Shown here: positions 9,306-18,777 of the stretch, piece by piece | How the letters are laid out: each line of letters begins with the position of its first letter | Numbering within the stretch: the first letter of the stretch is position 1 | Origin: Dehalococcoidia bacterium | GTDB taxonomy: Bacteria; Chloroflexota; Dehalococcoidia; Lucifugimonadales; CAJWER01 | Direction: 5' to 3' | Length of the DNA stretch: 64,000 nucleotides | NCBI GenBank assembly: GCA_965209165.1 | Contig: CBDBQI010000006.1 | Location: 258,891-322,890 of the forward strand | Notes under the pieces: model-generated | Databases searched by the model: none | The model's input: only the letters and a program-made list of their open reading frames with translations | Told to the model about the DNA's origin: nothing | Program-made: the position numbers and the translations under genes

Positions 9306-11687
9306 TTGGCCATGGGTAGAAAGGACGAATTGGTGAGTGAGATCGAGGTGCTGCGGAACAGACTCTCCCGTCTCACCGAGGCCAGCCTCCGCATCAACGA
9401 GAGCCTGGACTTCGACACGGTGCTGCAGGAGGTGGTGGACAGCGCCCGCGAGCTGACGGCATCGCAATACGGGGCTATCACCATACCGGGCGAGGTCTTC
9501 CAGCACCCCACGTTCATCGTTTCCGGCCTCACTGGTGAGGAGCACCAGGGGTTCTGGGACATGCCGGAGGGACTGGGGTTCTTCGAGTACCTCAGCGGCC
9601 TTGCCGAGCCCCTGCGGGTACCGAATATAGGCAGCCACCTGAGAGAATTGAACATGCCCACGTTCCTGCCCTCGGTGCCGCTAGGCTCCATGCTGGTAGC
9701 CCCGATTCGTCACCTGGGGGTCGGAGTCGGCACCATCTACCTGGCCTATGAGCCGGGCGGCGGGGAGTTCACCCGGGAGGACGAGGAGACGCTGGTCATG
9801 TTCGCCTCCCAGGCGGCGATGGCCATCGCCAACGCCCGTCGCTACCAGGAAGAGCAGCGGGCCAGGGCCGACCTGGAGACGCTGGTCGACACCTCCCCGG
9901 TGGGCGTGGTGGTCTTCGACGCCGAGACGGGAGCCCCGAAGTCCCTGAACCGCGAGGCCCGCAGGATAGTCGATGTCCTCCGGGATCCCGACCAGTCGCC
10001 AGAGATGCTCTTGGATCTATTGACCTTCAGGCGGGCCGATGGGAGAGAGGTCTCGTTGCAGGAATTCCCGATGTCCGACCTCCTCAGGATAGGCGAGACG
10101 GTGCGCTCAGAAGAGATCGTCATGCGGGTCCCTGACGGGCGGAGCGTGACGGTACTGCTCAACGCAACACCCATCCTCTCGGACGAGGGCGTGGTCGATT
10201 CTATGGTCGTCACCATGCAGGACATGGCAGCCGTTGAAGAGCTGGAGCGGCTGCGGGCCGAGTTTCTGGCCACGGTGAGCCACGAGTTGCGCACTCCACT
10301 CACCTCCATCAAGGGCTCCGTCACAACGCTACTGGATGCCTCCGCTGCCCTCAATTCCGCAGAGATACACCAGTTCCACCGGATCATCGATTCCCAGACC
10401 GACAGGATGCGCGAGCAGATAAGCGATCTGCTCGACGTGGCCCGCATCGACAGCGGCACTCTGTCGATCACTCCAGAGCCTACGGACGTGGCCTCACTCG
10501 CAGAAGAAGCGAGGAGGGTGTACGTGAGCGGGGGGTTCAGGAACACCCTGAACATCGACCTCTCGCAGGACCTGCCCTGGGTCATGGCGGACAGAATGCG
10601 CATCGTCCAGGTCATCAACAACCTGCTCGCCAACGCAGCCAGGCACTCCGGCGAGCCGTCCTCCATCCACGTAACGGCCGTGCTGGAGGGGTTGCACGTC
10701 GCGGTCTCCGTGGCCGACGAGGGCATGGGCGTGCGGGCTGAACACCTGCCTCATCTCTTCAGGAAGTTCACCCGCATCGAAGGTGACGACCGGAGAAACG
10801 ATCTCGATGGGACGGGACTTGGCTTAGCGATCTGCAAGGGGATAGTCGAGGCCCACGGCGGACGCATCTGGGCCGAAAGCGACGGACCCGGCCAGGGTGC
10901 GCGTTTCACGTTCACGATTCCGGTGGCCGATAAGCCGGCGATCGATGCGGTCGCCAGACCTGCTCTGCGCACTACCCAGACTCCCCCAGAGTTGGAGGAG
11001 GAACAGGTACGCATACTCTTGGTAGAGGATGACCCACAGGCCCTCAGATACGCTCGCGACATCCTTTCAAGGTCGGGCTATGTACCCGTGGCGACAGTGG
11101 ACCCAGGAGAGGCGCTTCTCCTATTGGAGGACGAACGGCCTCACCTAGCCTTGTTGGACCTGGTACTCCCGGGGAGCGACGGGATAGACCTGATGAAGGA
11201 GATTCTCGAAAAAGTGGATCTGCCGATCATCTTCCTGTCCGCCTACGGCCGGGATGAAGTCGTAGCCAAGGCCTTGGAGATGGGAGCCGCAGACTACATC
11301 GTCAAGCCATTCTCGCCTACAGAGCTGGTGGCGAGGATCAGGGCGGCCCTGCGAAACCGGGCGAACTCAGAGCCACTGGGACCCTTCCACCTGGGAGACC
11401 TGGCCATAGACTACTCCGGGCGAAGCGTGACCCTTGCCGGCAGCCCGGTCAAGCTCACCTCCATCGAGTACAGGATGCTGGCTGAGCTCTCGGCGAATGC
11501 TGGGCGCACGTTGACTTACGAGCACCTGCTGCAACGGGTTTGGCGCCTGGAGGGCCCTGGAGATCTGCGGCCTATGCGGACTGTCGTAAGCAGCCTGCGA
11601 CGCAAGCTTGGGGACGAGGCGGATAACCCAACCTACATTTCCACGGAGCCGCGCATCGGCTACCGAATGGCGAGGGGTGAGGCGTAG
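9306..11687 (+). CDS. Single-polypeptide two-component protein: GAF-PAS-HisKA-HATPase-REC-OmpR/PhoB winged-helix
   Basis: H-box FLATVSHELRTPL (His about aa 326), N/G boxes (NLLANAARHS, DEGMGV, GTGLGLAICKGIVEAHGG), REC (ILLVEDD..LALLDLVLPGSDG..KPF), and C-terminal Trans_reg_C (LTSIEYRMLAEL...RKLGD...EPRIGYRM). Confidence 0.85.
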   Translation: MAMGRKDELVSEIEVLRNRLSRLTEASLRINESLDFDTVLQEVVDSARELTASQYGAITIPGEVFQHPTFIVSGLTGEEHQGFWDMPEGLGFFEYLSGLAEPLRVPNIGSHLRELNMPTFLPSVPLGSMLVAPIRHLGVGVGTIYLAYEPGGGEFTREDEETLVMFASQAAMAIANARRYQEEQRARADLETLVDTSPVGVVVFDAETGAPKSLNREARRIVDVLRDPDQSPEMLLDLLTFRRADGREVSLQEFPMSDLLRIGETVRSEEIVMRVPDGRSVTVLLNATPILSDEGVVDSMVVTMQDMAAVEELERLRAEFLATVSHELRTPLTSIKGSVTTLLDASAALNSAEIHQFHRIIDSQTDRMREQISDLLDVARIDSGTLSITPEPTDVASLAEEARRVYVSGGFRNTLNIDLSQDLPWVMADRMRIVQVINNLLANAARHSGEPSSIHVTAVLEGLHVAVSVADEGMGVRAEHLPHLFRKFTRIEGDDRRNDLDGTGLGLAICKGIVEAHGGRIWAESDGPGQGARFTFTIPVADKPAIDAVARPALRTTQTPPELEEEQVRILLVEDDPQALRYARDILSRSGYVPVATVDPGEALLLLEDERPHLALLDLVLPGSDGIDLMKEILEKVDLPIIFLSAYGRDEVVAKALEMGAADYIVKPFSPTELVARIRAALRNRANSEPLGPFHLGDLAIDYSGRSVTLAGSPVKLTSIEYRMLAELSANAGRTLTYEHLLQRVWRLEGPGDLRPMRTVVSSLRRKLGDEADNPTYISTEPRIGYRMARGEA

Positions 11688-12026
11688 GGGTAATTCCAGA
11701 CCCTAGTCAACGAGGTTGTGTCTTCTCAAGTTCCGACGGCAGGCGGCGGTTAGCGTTGACGCCTACTTCCTGGCGGCGCCCTCCTTACGTACTTTCACAA
11801 GAACTAATGGAATTGGCCCCCAAATCTCATAACTATCTCACACACACCTTGTATAATCCGACTGGGGCCAGCGGGGTTAGAGGCCTTACCCCCTGGCTCC
11901 CTGTCGGTGGCCCGGCCTGCTGAAGAGCACTGGCCGGGCCATCGCGCCGATGGGCGGCAAAGCGACGAACGCCGCCGTCATCTATCACGCCTTCTGCCAC
12001 GAGATTGACAGGCACGCGAGCATAAC

Positions 12027-12473
12027 ATGACCCGGACCCTTGTATCAGGAGAGAAAGCATCTGACGCGGCGGACTACGAAGGGGTGCCGCACATGCCAGT
12101 TTCAGGAGGCATGGTGGGGGACGACATCGAACAGAATGACGCCGTACGGATAGCCTACCTGGTCAAGAGGTACGACGCCTCCCTGCGCGAGATATCCCAT
12201 AGCAAGAGCATCATAGCCCGGGCCTTCCGCGAGCTACGCTTCATCAACGAGAGAGTCAAGTACTTCGGCGGACAGGATGGGGTACTCACATACAAGGGCA
12301 GGGCGGTGGACACGACGAACCTCCGGCACTTGAATGATGCTCTCAGCGCCCTTGCCCGGCAGATGCGGACCCGCCACGAACTCGAGGCCACACTTGAGGA
12401 CGAGGGACTCCGGCACCTGATCCACCCACTGGAGAGCCCACCCTACGCACGCAGGAGTGACAGGTTCCATTAG
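12027..12473 (+). CDS. Hypothetical protein
   Basis: 148-aa ORF with non-shadow-like composition. No recognisable motif. Confidence 0.35.
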   Translation: MTRTLVSGEKASDAADYEGVPHMPVSGGMVGDDIEQNDAVRIAYLVKRYDASLREISHSKSIIARAFRELRFINERVKYFGGQDGVLTYKGRAVDTTNLRHLNDALSALARQMRTRHELEATLEDEGLRHLIHPLESPPYARRSDRFH

Positions 12474-12654
12474 CAGGACTCGAGGCCGGGTACTCGCTAC
12501 TCGGCAACCAGCGAGCCTGGGAGCCGCAACCGTGATCCTCCTAGTGGCATGGGCGTCGTGGAAAGCTGGCAGAGCGACCGTCGATAGCTCCGGCCCCAGT
12601 GGGAGTTCGTGGGTACATTGGCGAGACCGCATAACGGCGCCCGCGTAGAGCACT

Positions 12655-13248
12655 ATGGAAGCAACATACTGGTTCTCGCTCTACGCACATATGATGATAC
12701 TCCTGGCCGTACTGCTCGGTGCGGTACTTGCGGTGCCCGCAGGGCTCGCGAGCTGCATCATCGCCAGGAGGCAGGGTCACCCACTCTGGTACGGGGCGAT
12801 GGCGGCACTCTATTCCACGTTCGCCCTGCTCCCTTGGATATACTTCATATGCAAGCAGCTGGGATACCACAAGCTGGCCGCTACGCGCTTGCTTGTTCGC
12901 GTCGGCTACGTCGCGCTATACGCTCACTGGTTCATGGGGCCCGTCACCTTCGGCATCATACTGGCAGAGACGGTATGTGAAGGGTGCAGCGCATACGAAG
13001 GGTCATTTGTCGGTGAGTTCAGGCCACTGTTCATCGCTCTCGTCGTACTCAACCTCCTCATGTGCATCGGAACCCTGGTATGGATTTGGTATGCTCGACA
13101 GGCGGCAGCAGGACAACAGGTGAGGGCCAGGTGGGGACTGACCAGCGACGAAGAGCCGTATTTGCTCAGGCCAGTCTACGTGCTACCGTTCCCGCTGACC
13201 ATCCTGTGGGGCGCAATCATGATGGCAGCCTTCTTTAACTCGGCTTAG
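12655..13248 (+). CDS. Hypothetical integral membrane protein (about 5 TM segments)
   Basis: Hydrophobic segments (MMILLAVLLGAVLAVPAGL, LVVLNLLMCIGTLVWIW, FPLTILWGAIMMAAFF). No family recognised. Confidence 0.5.
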   Translation: MEATYWFSLYAHMMILLAVLLGAVLAVPAGLASCIIARRQGHPLWYGAMAALYSTFALLPWIYFICKQLGYHKLAATRLLVRVGYVALYAHWFMGPVTFGIILAETVCEGCSAYEGSFVGEFRPLFIALVVLNLLMCIGTLVWIWYARQAAAGQQVRARWGLTSDEEPYLLRPVYVLPFPLTILWGAIMMAAFFNSA

Positions 13249-13389
13249 GCATCCCGCCCGCCATCACCGGGACTGCCGTCACTCTATCCGCAGCTGTTCG
13301 TCAACGTGGGCGCGACATCCTGACGGCCGTCCGCCGGCATTCCGGTGCGACCATCCTCCACGAGCCTTCAGCCAGGACTCGCGAGATGC

Positions 13390-14802
13390 TCACTCGTTCA
13401 AGGGCAAGCGGATACTCACGGCGGCACCCTGGCCGGGCCCGTCACTGACCACCGCAATCGCGCCCCCATGCGCCTCTACTATAGCCCGGGTGATGGCCAG
13501 TCCCAGGCCCGTGCCGCCTATCCCGCGACTGCGGGACCGGTCGGTGCGATAGAAGCGGTCGAAGACGTGGGGAAGGTCCGCGGCATCGATGCCAATCCCG
13601 TCATCGGTGACCGAGATGGACAGCGAGTTGCCGCCTTCCAGCCCCGCCCTGATCACGACGTTTCCCCTGGCGTCGGTGCATCCGATGGCATTGCTCACGA
13701 CGTTGCCCAACGCCTGGCTCATGCGCATCCGGTCGAGGTCCATGTCGGGGAGGTCGTTGGATGCCTGCAGCGACAAGTCGACCTGCCGAGCCTGGGCTTG
13801 CGGCTGCCAGCGGTCCAGCTCCGCGGCGAGCAGCTCTTGTACAGAGCTGGTCTCCAGCGTGAGCCTCAGCTCTCCCTGGTCAGTCTCCGCAAGCCAGTCC
13901 AGGTCGGTGACCAGGCCGCGCAGCCTGTCCACCTCCTGGATGATGTGGTCGGACGCGCTCTCGGAAGTCTGAAGGCCGTCGCGCAGTCCCTTGGCCTCGA
14001 GCAGTATGACGCTCAGCGGCGTGTTCAGCTCGTGGGAAACGTCGTTTATCAGCCGCTTTCGGAGCTCGCGCTGAGTCTCCAGGGTGGATGTCATTCTGTT
14101 GAAGGCGGCGCTCATCCGGCCCAGCTCGTCCGAAGACGTGACCGGCAGCCGGGTCGTATCTCCTTGGGCGATGGCCTGGGTCGCCTCCGTCAGGGAGGCC
14201 ACAGGATCCGTGATCCGCTTTGACAGCCAGAAGGCCAGGAGGATGGCGACGCCGACCGTCAAGGTCCCGCCAACGAGGATGATGTACAGCAGGGTGCTGA
14301 GGAAACCGTGCGACTCTGTCGACAGGTACTCATGGTTAACGTCCACGTACACGTGGCCCACGAGCCGGTTCGCCGCGAGATCGAGCACGTCCTCGCGACG
14401 CCCCTCCAGGTCGGGCGCGGCCGTTCCGGGCGACAGCTCGGACAGGTTGTCTTTCACCACAAGTCCATCGAGGCCGGTGATGACGACCCTCACCTGGTCC
14501 TGGTGGAAGAGGTCTGACGAGGCCCCCTCCTCCCCTTCGGCGTGTCCCTCCCTTTCCCGTACTTCGTCGTAGACGTACCCGGCCTCGGACAGGGCCGTAC
14601 CCACCGTTCCCCAGCCACCGGCAGCCGTGTACTCCCGGCTCAGCTTACGTGCCAGCTGGGCTGCCTGGTCATCGCCTATCCGGTCTACGAATACGCCCAG
14701 GCGGGACTGCGTCGCGTAGTAACCCACAGCGACGCTCGTCAGGACGGTGAGAACGACGACTAGTACGGTCGAACCCATGATTTGCCAGCGCAGTGACATC
14801 AC
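13390..14802 (-). CDS. Sensor histidine kinase (TM-periplasmic-TM-HAMP-HisKA-HATPase)
   Basis: H-box INDVSHELNTPLS, N box NVVSNAI, G boxes DDGIGI and GTGLGLAITRAIVEAHGG. The start is GTG 14802 or ATG 14799, overlapping the regulator stop. Confidence 0.85.
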   Translation of the reverse strand: MMSLRWQIMGSTVLVVVLTVLTSVAVGYYATQSRLGVFVDRIGDDQAAQLARKLSREYTAAGGWGTVGTALSEAGYVYDEVREREGHAEGEEGASSDLFHQDQVRVVITGLDGLVVKDNLSELSPGTAAPDLEGRREDVLDLAANRLVGHVYVDVNHEYLSTESHGFLSTLLYIILVGGTLTVGVAILLAFWLSKRITDPVASLTEATQAIAQGDTTRLPVTSSDELGRMSAAFNRMTSTLETQRELRKRLINDVSHELNTPLSVILLEAKGLRDGLQTSESASDHIIQEVDRLRGLVTDLDWLAETDQGELRLTLETSSVQELLAAELDRWQPQAQARQVDLSLQASNDLPDMDLDRMRMSQALGNVVSNAIGCTDARGNVVIRAGLEGGNSLSISVTDDGIGIDAADLPHVFDRFYRTDRSRSRGIGGTGLGLAITRAIVEAHGGAIAVVSDGPGQGAAVSIRLPLNE

Positions 14803-15476
14803 TCGTTCTCCACCACGAGCCTGTAGCCCCCACCGTAGACAGTCTGAATGGGCTGTTTGCCATTTCGGCTTATCTGCTTTCGCAGCCGGGCGATCTGGCT
14901 GTCGATGGCGCGGTCGAACCCGTCGAAGTCGTCGTTGAAGGCTAACGAGATCAGCTGATCGCGCGTCAGCAGCTGGTTGGGATGACGCATGAACGTCGAA
15001 AGCAGGGCGACCTGCGCCTGGCTTAGCGTCACAGGCTCTTCATCGACGGTCACGATCCCGGTGGTCTCGTTCAGGGTGATATTTCCTCGTGTCAGTACCC
15101 GCTGGACCCTGTCCTTGACGCGGCGCAGCAAGGCATGCGCGCGGGCAATGACTTCATCGGGATCGAAGGGCTTGACGACATAGTCGTCGGCCCCGCTGTC
15201 CAGCCCTGCGACCCGCTCGGCAGGTGCCTCCCTGGCCGTCAGCATGATTATCGGAACGTCCGACTCCCGGCGCAGGGTCCTGCACAGCTCCACGCCGTCG
15301 AGGCGGGGAAGCATCAGGTCGAGGACTATCAGGTCCGGGGCGAGATTTCGGGCCAGGGCGAGGCCGGACACGCCGTCATGAGCAACCTCGGCGGAGAATC
15401 CGGCGCGCTCGAAGTACACCTTGACCCAGCTCGCGATCCTCGTATCGTCTTCGATTATCAGTACCGCGCCGCTCAT
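14799..15476 (-). CDS. OmpR/PhoB-family response regulator
   Basis: REC (VLIIEDD..LIVLDLMLPRLDG..KPF) plus winged helix (LSQAQVALLSTFM..LRKQISRNG..IQTVYGGGYRL). Confidence 0.9.
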   Translation of the reverse strand: MSGAVLIIEDDTRIASWVKVYFERAGFSAEVAHDGVSGLALARNLAPDLIVLDLMLPRLDGVELCRTLRRESDVPIIMLTAREAPAERVAGLDSGADDYVVKPFDPDEVIARAHALLRRVKDRVQRVLTRGNITLNETTGIVTVDEEPVTLSQAQVALLSTFMRHPNQLLTRDQLISLAFNDDFDGFDRAIDSQIARLRKQISRNGKQPIQTVYGGGYRLVVENE

Positions 15477-15614
15477 CCCATCGTTCCCCTACGAGCAGTC
15501 TTGGACGCGATGCCTCCGAGGAGACATCGCGTCCATCCGCTATATGGGCCCAGGGGTCGATTATCTCACTTCAAGCGAAGACTCGACATCTCCCCTTGGC
15601 CTGCTCCGATAGCT

Positions 15615-17171
15615 CTAGCCGCCTCCGCGACTCTCGCCGCGACCGCCGTGTTCTCCGCCGGATTCCCGGCCACCGCCGTGCTCTCCATCGGACTCACTGC
15701 CGCTGCCGTGCTCACCGCCACCTTCACCTCCGGACTCGCCTCCGCCAACCTCGGCATGGGCTATCCACCCTGTGAACGGCGCCTGGGTCGAGGGCAGGTT
15801 GACCCGCAACGCCTGGCCTGGGGCCATGTCCACAGGATTGGTCGGACCGAGTTCCGTCCCGTTGGAGAGGTGCACTTCGATCCTGACCCGTGTCAGGACG
15901 TTGTTGGTCGTGTTCTCCACCATGCCCCTGAAGGAGTTGCTTGCGGCATCGTAGCCCATGACCAGGCGTGCGCCACCGCGAGTTGCGTCGAAGATCTCGT
16001 CCGGGGCCAGTTGATTGGTACTGCCCTCTTCGCTGCCGGCCCCTTCGCCGCCGCCCTCGTTGCCGGAGCCTTCGCCACCGGGACCGTGTCCCTCACCGAC
16101 GGCTCCCTCGCCACCTCCGCCTTCACCGCCCTCACCTCCAGTGTGAGGCACAGGGCCGGTGCCGGCACAGTCGAAGACTTCGAGGTGAACGACGTATCCG
16201 TCGTAGGAGACTCCCGCGAGGCCCGGCTCACTGTCGACCGACACGCTGGTCGTCGCCGTCTGGCCGGGGCTCAGATGCCCCATCACGTCGGGGCCAAGCT
16301 CGCCCACCGTGGTAGCGCCCGACTTCAGGTGAGGCTCGGCCTGCACGTAGCAGAGCATCTGCGAGAGGGTGTTCTGGACCGTTGACTGGACGGACCTGGT
16401 CGCCACATCGTACCGGGCGTCGACGGCCAGTCCGCCGAGGACGCCGGTCCACGTCTGTCCGAGCGGAATGATGGGGCTGGACATGGCGGCTTCACCGGCC
16501 TCAGCGCCGCCTTCACCGCCGCCAGCCTCATTGCCCGACTCGCTGCCCGACTCTCCGCCACTGCCGCCGTGCTCGCCGCCGGACTCACCGCCCGCCTGGC
16601 TCGCCTCACCGCCTCCACCACCAACCTCGGCATGCGCTATCCATCCGGTGAACGCTGCCTGGGTCGAGGGCAGGGTGACAGGCAAGGTCTGGCCTGGTGT
16701 GAGGTCTACCGGAGTCGTGGGACCGAGCTCCGTGCCGTTCGACAGGTGCACTTCGATCCTGACCCTTGTTAGGACGCTGTTGGTCGTGTTCTCCACCGTG
16801 CCGGTGAAGGCGTTGGCCGGAGCGTCGTAGTTCAGGACCAGCCGGGCGCCGCTGCGGATCATGTCGAAGGTCTCGTCCGGCGCCAGATTGGCGCCGCTGG
16901 CCTCTTCGCTTCCGGCTCCCTCGCCACCTGCACCTTCGTTGCCGCCCTCGGCGCCATCACCGCCGCCGCGGTGCTCGCCACCGGACTCGCCGCCGCCCTG
17001 CTCGAAGATGACCTGGGTAACCGCGGCGCGGTTGGCCTCCCTGCCACCTTCGTGTTCCGTGTCGCCGGAACAGCCGATCAGTATCCCGGTGCCCAGCATG
17101 GCCGCCAGGACCGGCCCGAGTATGACTGCCCTGTTCATCAGCTTCCTGGTAATCAGCTTCTTGATATTCAT
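15615..17171 (-). CDS. His/Gly/Glu-rich three-module lipoprotein, first gene of the RR-HK operon
   Basis: Track ORF trimmed to the ATG at 17169-17171, which has an AGGAGG RBS. Signal peptide with lipobox (GILIGCSG). Three related about 90-aa modules are separated by G/E/S/H low-complexity linkers bearing repeated GGEH motifs. Confidence 0.7.
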   Translation of the reverse strand: MNIKKLITRKLMNRAVILGPVLAAMLGTGILIGCSGDTEHEGGREANRAAVTQVIFEQGGGESGGEHRGGGDGAEGGNEGAGGEGAGSEEASGANLAPDETFDMIRSGARLVLNYDAPANAFTGTVENTTNSVLTRVRIEVHLSNGTELGPTTPVDLTPGQTLPVTLPSTQAAFTGWIAHAEVGGGGGEASQAGGESGGEHGGSGGESGSESGNEAGGGEGGAEAGEAAMSSPIIPLGQTWTGVLGGLAVDARYDVATRSVQSTVQNTLSQMLCYVQAEPHLKSGATTVGELGPDVMGHLSPGQTATTSVSVDSEPGLAGVSYDGYVVHLEVFDCAGTGPVPHTGGEGGEGGGGEGAVGEGHGPGGEGSGNEGGGEGAGSEEGSTNQLAPDEIFDATRGGARLVMGYDAASNSFRGMVENTTNNVLTRVRIEVHLSNGTELGPTNPVDMAPGQALRVNLPSTQAPFTGWIAHAEVGGGESGGEGGGEHGSGSESDGEHGGGRESGGEHGGRGESRGGG

Positions 17172-17483
17172 CCTTCCCCTCCTTTCGTGGGGTATTTGTG
17201 ATGCACCCAAGATAAGAAGGAAATGTCGCAGAAATATGTCACCGGTAGACCGGATGGACATCTGCTTCGCCGATGCCCAGGGACTTGGGACGTCCCTATG
17301 ACCTAGGAGTTTCGAGAGCCGCTGGGACTCAGATTCTCCGCGGAGTCAATTGAGGGGATGTCTTCCGCAAACAGATAAGTGGGGACGCCGCATCGGTCTG
17401 TTTCTCGGAGTCGCGACCTGTAAGGCCACCAGATCCTGTCAGTTACAATCGATGCGCTCGCCCGCAGCTACTGGAGGAGAAAC

Positions 17484-18551
17484 ATGCCTCGCGCACGACT
17501 ACGAGACCTCGGCTTTGCCATAGGCCGGATGCCCACCGGCAGGTTCAACGCCATCACCGACGTGCCCGGCACCCTTGTAGGTCACACAACCCTCATCCAC
17601 GATGACCCCCACATCGCGCGGACCGGGGTCACGGTAGTCGTTCCTCGTGAGGGCGAGATATGGAACGATGCCGCCTTTTGCGGCTCCTTTTCCTTTAACG
17701 GAAACGGCGAGATGACCGGCATTCCCTGGATCCAGGAGTCGGGCATGCTGGGGTCGATCATCGGCATTACCAACACCCATCAGGTGGGCCTCGTACGGGA
17801 CGCCCTGGTGGAGTACTCGATCAGCAACGGCTACGTCGAAGGCTGGGTGCTGCCCGTTGTCGCCGAAACCTACGACGGCTTCCTTAACGACATCGACGCC
17901 TTCCACCTCGACAAGGAGCATGTGTTCCAGGCCATCGCCTCGGCCGGCGTCGGCGTCCCCGCTGAGGGTAGCGTCGGCGGCGGCACCGGCATGATCTGCC
18001 ATGAATTCAAGGGAGGCATCGGCACATCCTCCAGGCTGGTGGAGACCGGAAGCGGCCCGTTCACCGTCGGCGCACTGGTACAGGCCAACTACGGGGCCCG
18101 TGCCGACCTGCGCGTCGATGGCGTGCCCGTTGGGCTGGAGATCGACCAGGAGGTAACCCCACACCGCGGAAACACCGGCATCGCCGGCGGATCTATCATC
18201 ATAATCGTCGCTACGGATGCGCCCCTGCTCCCCATCCAGTGCCAGCGACTGGCCAGGCGCGCCACAGTCGGTCTGTCCAGGGCGGGAGGATCGGGACACA
18301 GCGGCAGCGGCGATATCTTCCTGGCCTTCTCCACCGGAAACCACGTCATCCGCACCGACGAGCCGCTTGACGTGCGGATGCTACCCCTGGACCACATCAG
18401 CCCTCTCTTCGACGCGACCGCGGAGGCCGTGGAAGAGTCGATCATAAACGCCCTGACCTCCGCCGAGTCGATGACCGGCTTAGACGGCCGCACGGCCCAC
18501 GCCCTCCCACTCGACGAGCTCGAACGGGTAATGCGCAGGTACGGTCGCTGA
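17484..18551 (+). CDS. DmpA/BapA-type aminopeptidase (peptidase family S58/P1)
   Basis: FNAITDVPGTLVGHTTL, NGNGEMTG and GGGTGMICHEFKGGIGTSS (self-processing nucleophile region) are typical of the DmpA family. Confidence 0.8.
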   Translation: MPRARLRDLGFAIGRMPTGRFNAITDVPGTLVGHTTLIHDDPHIARTGVTVVVPREGEIWNDAAFCGSFSFNGNGEMTGIPWIQESGMLGSIIGITNTHQVGLVRDALVEYSISNGYVEGWVLPVVAETYDGFLNDIDAFHLDKEHVFQAIASAGVGVPAEGSVGGGTGMICHEFKGGIGTSSRLVETGSGPFTVGALVQANYGARADLRVDGVPVGLEIDQEVTPHRGNTGIAGGSIIIIVATDAPLLPIQCQRLARRATVGLSRAGGSGHSGSGDIFLAFSTGNHVIRTDEPLDVRMLPLDHISPLFDATAEAVEESIINALTSAESMTGLDGRTAHALPLDELERVMRRYGR

Positions 18552-18777
18552 AGTAACTTTCGCCAGTCCGGCCGGCCAGCTTTCGCCGCAACCGCCTACA
18601 GGGTTCAATAGCGGTAGGGCTGTGGAGGGGTCACAACTCGAGGGCCAACTTCGAGGTGAGGGTTCTAGGCCTCGTCCGATCTCGTGAACTACATGCTGAC
18701 GATAACTTACAAGTATTTGATATATATCCGGTGACTATCTCACAGCTAGCTCATACACCTCATGTAGAATACGCCGG

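Noticed and set aside
15615-16620. GGEGG/GGEH-coding low-complexity DNA and the collagen GXY tract (63171..63395) as tandem DNA repeats or CRISPR-like arrays.
   Set aside because: The periodicity is 3-9 nt and imperfect, lies inside well-supported ORFs and lacks repeat-spacer organisation. This is coding low complexity, not an array.
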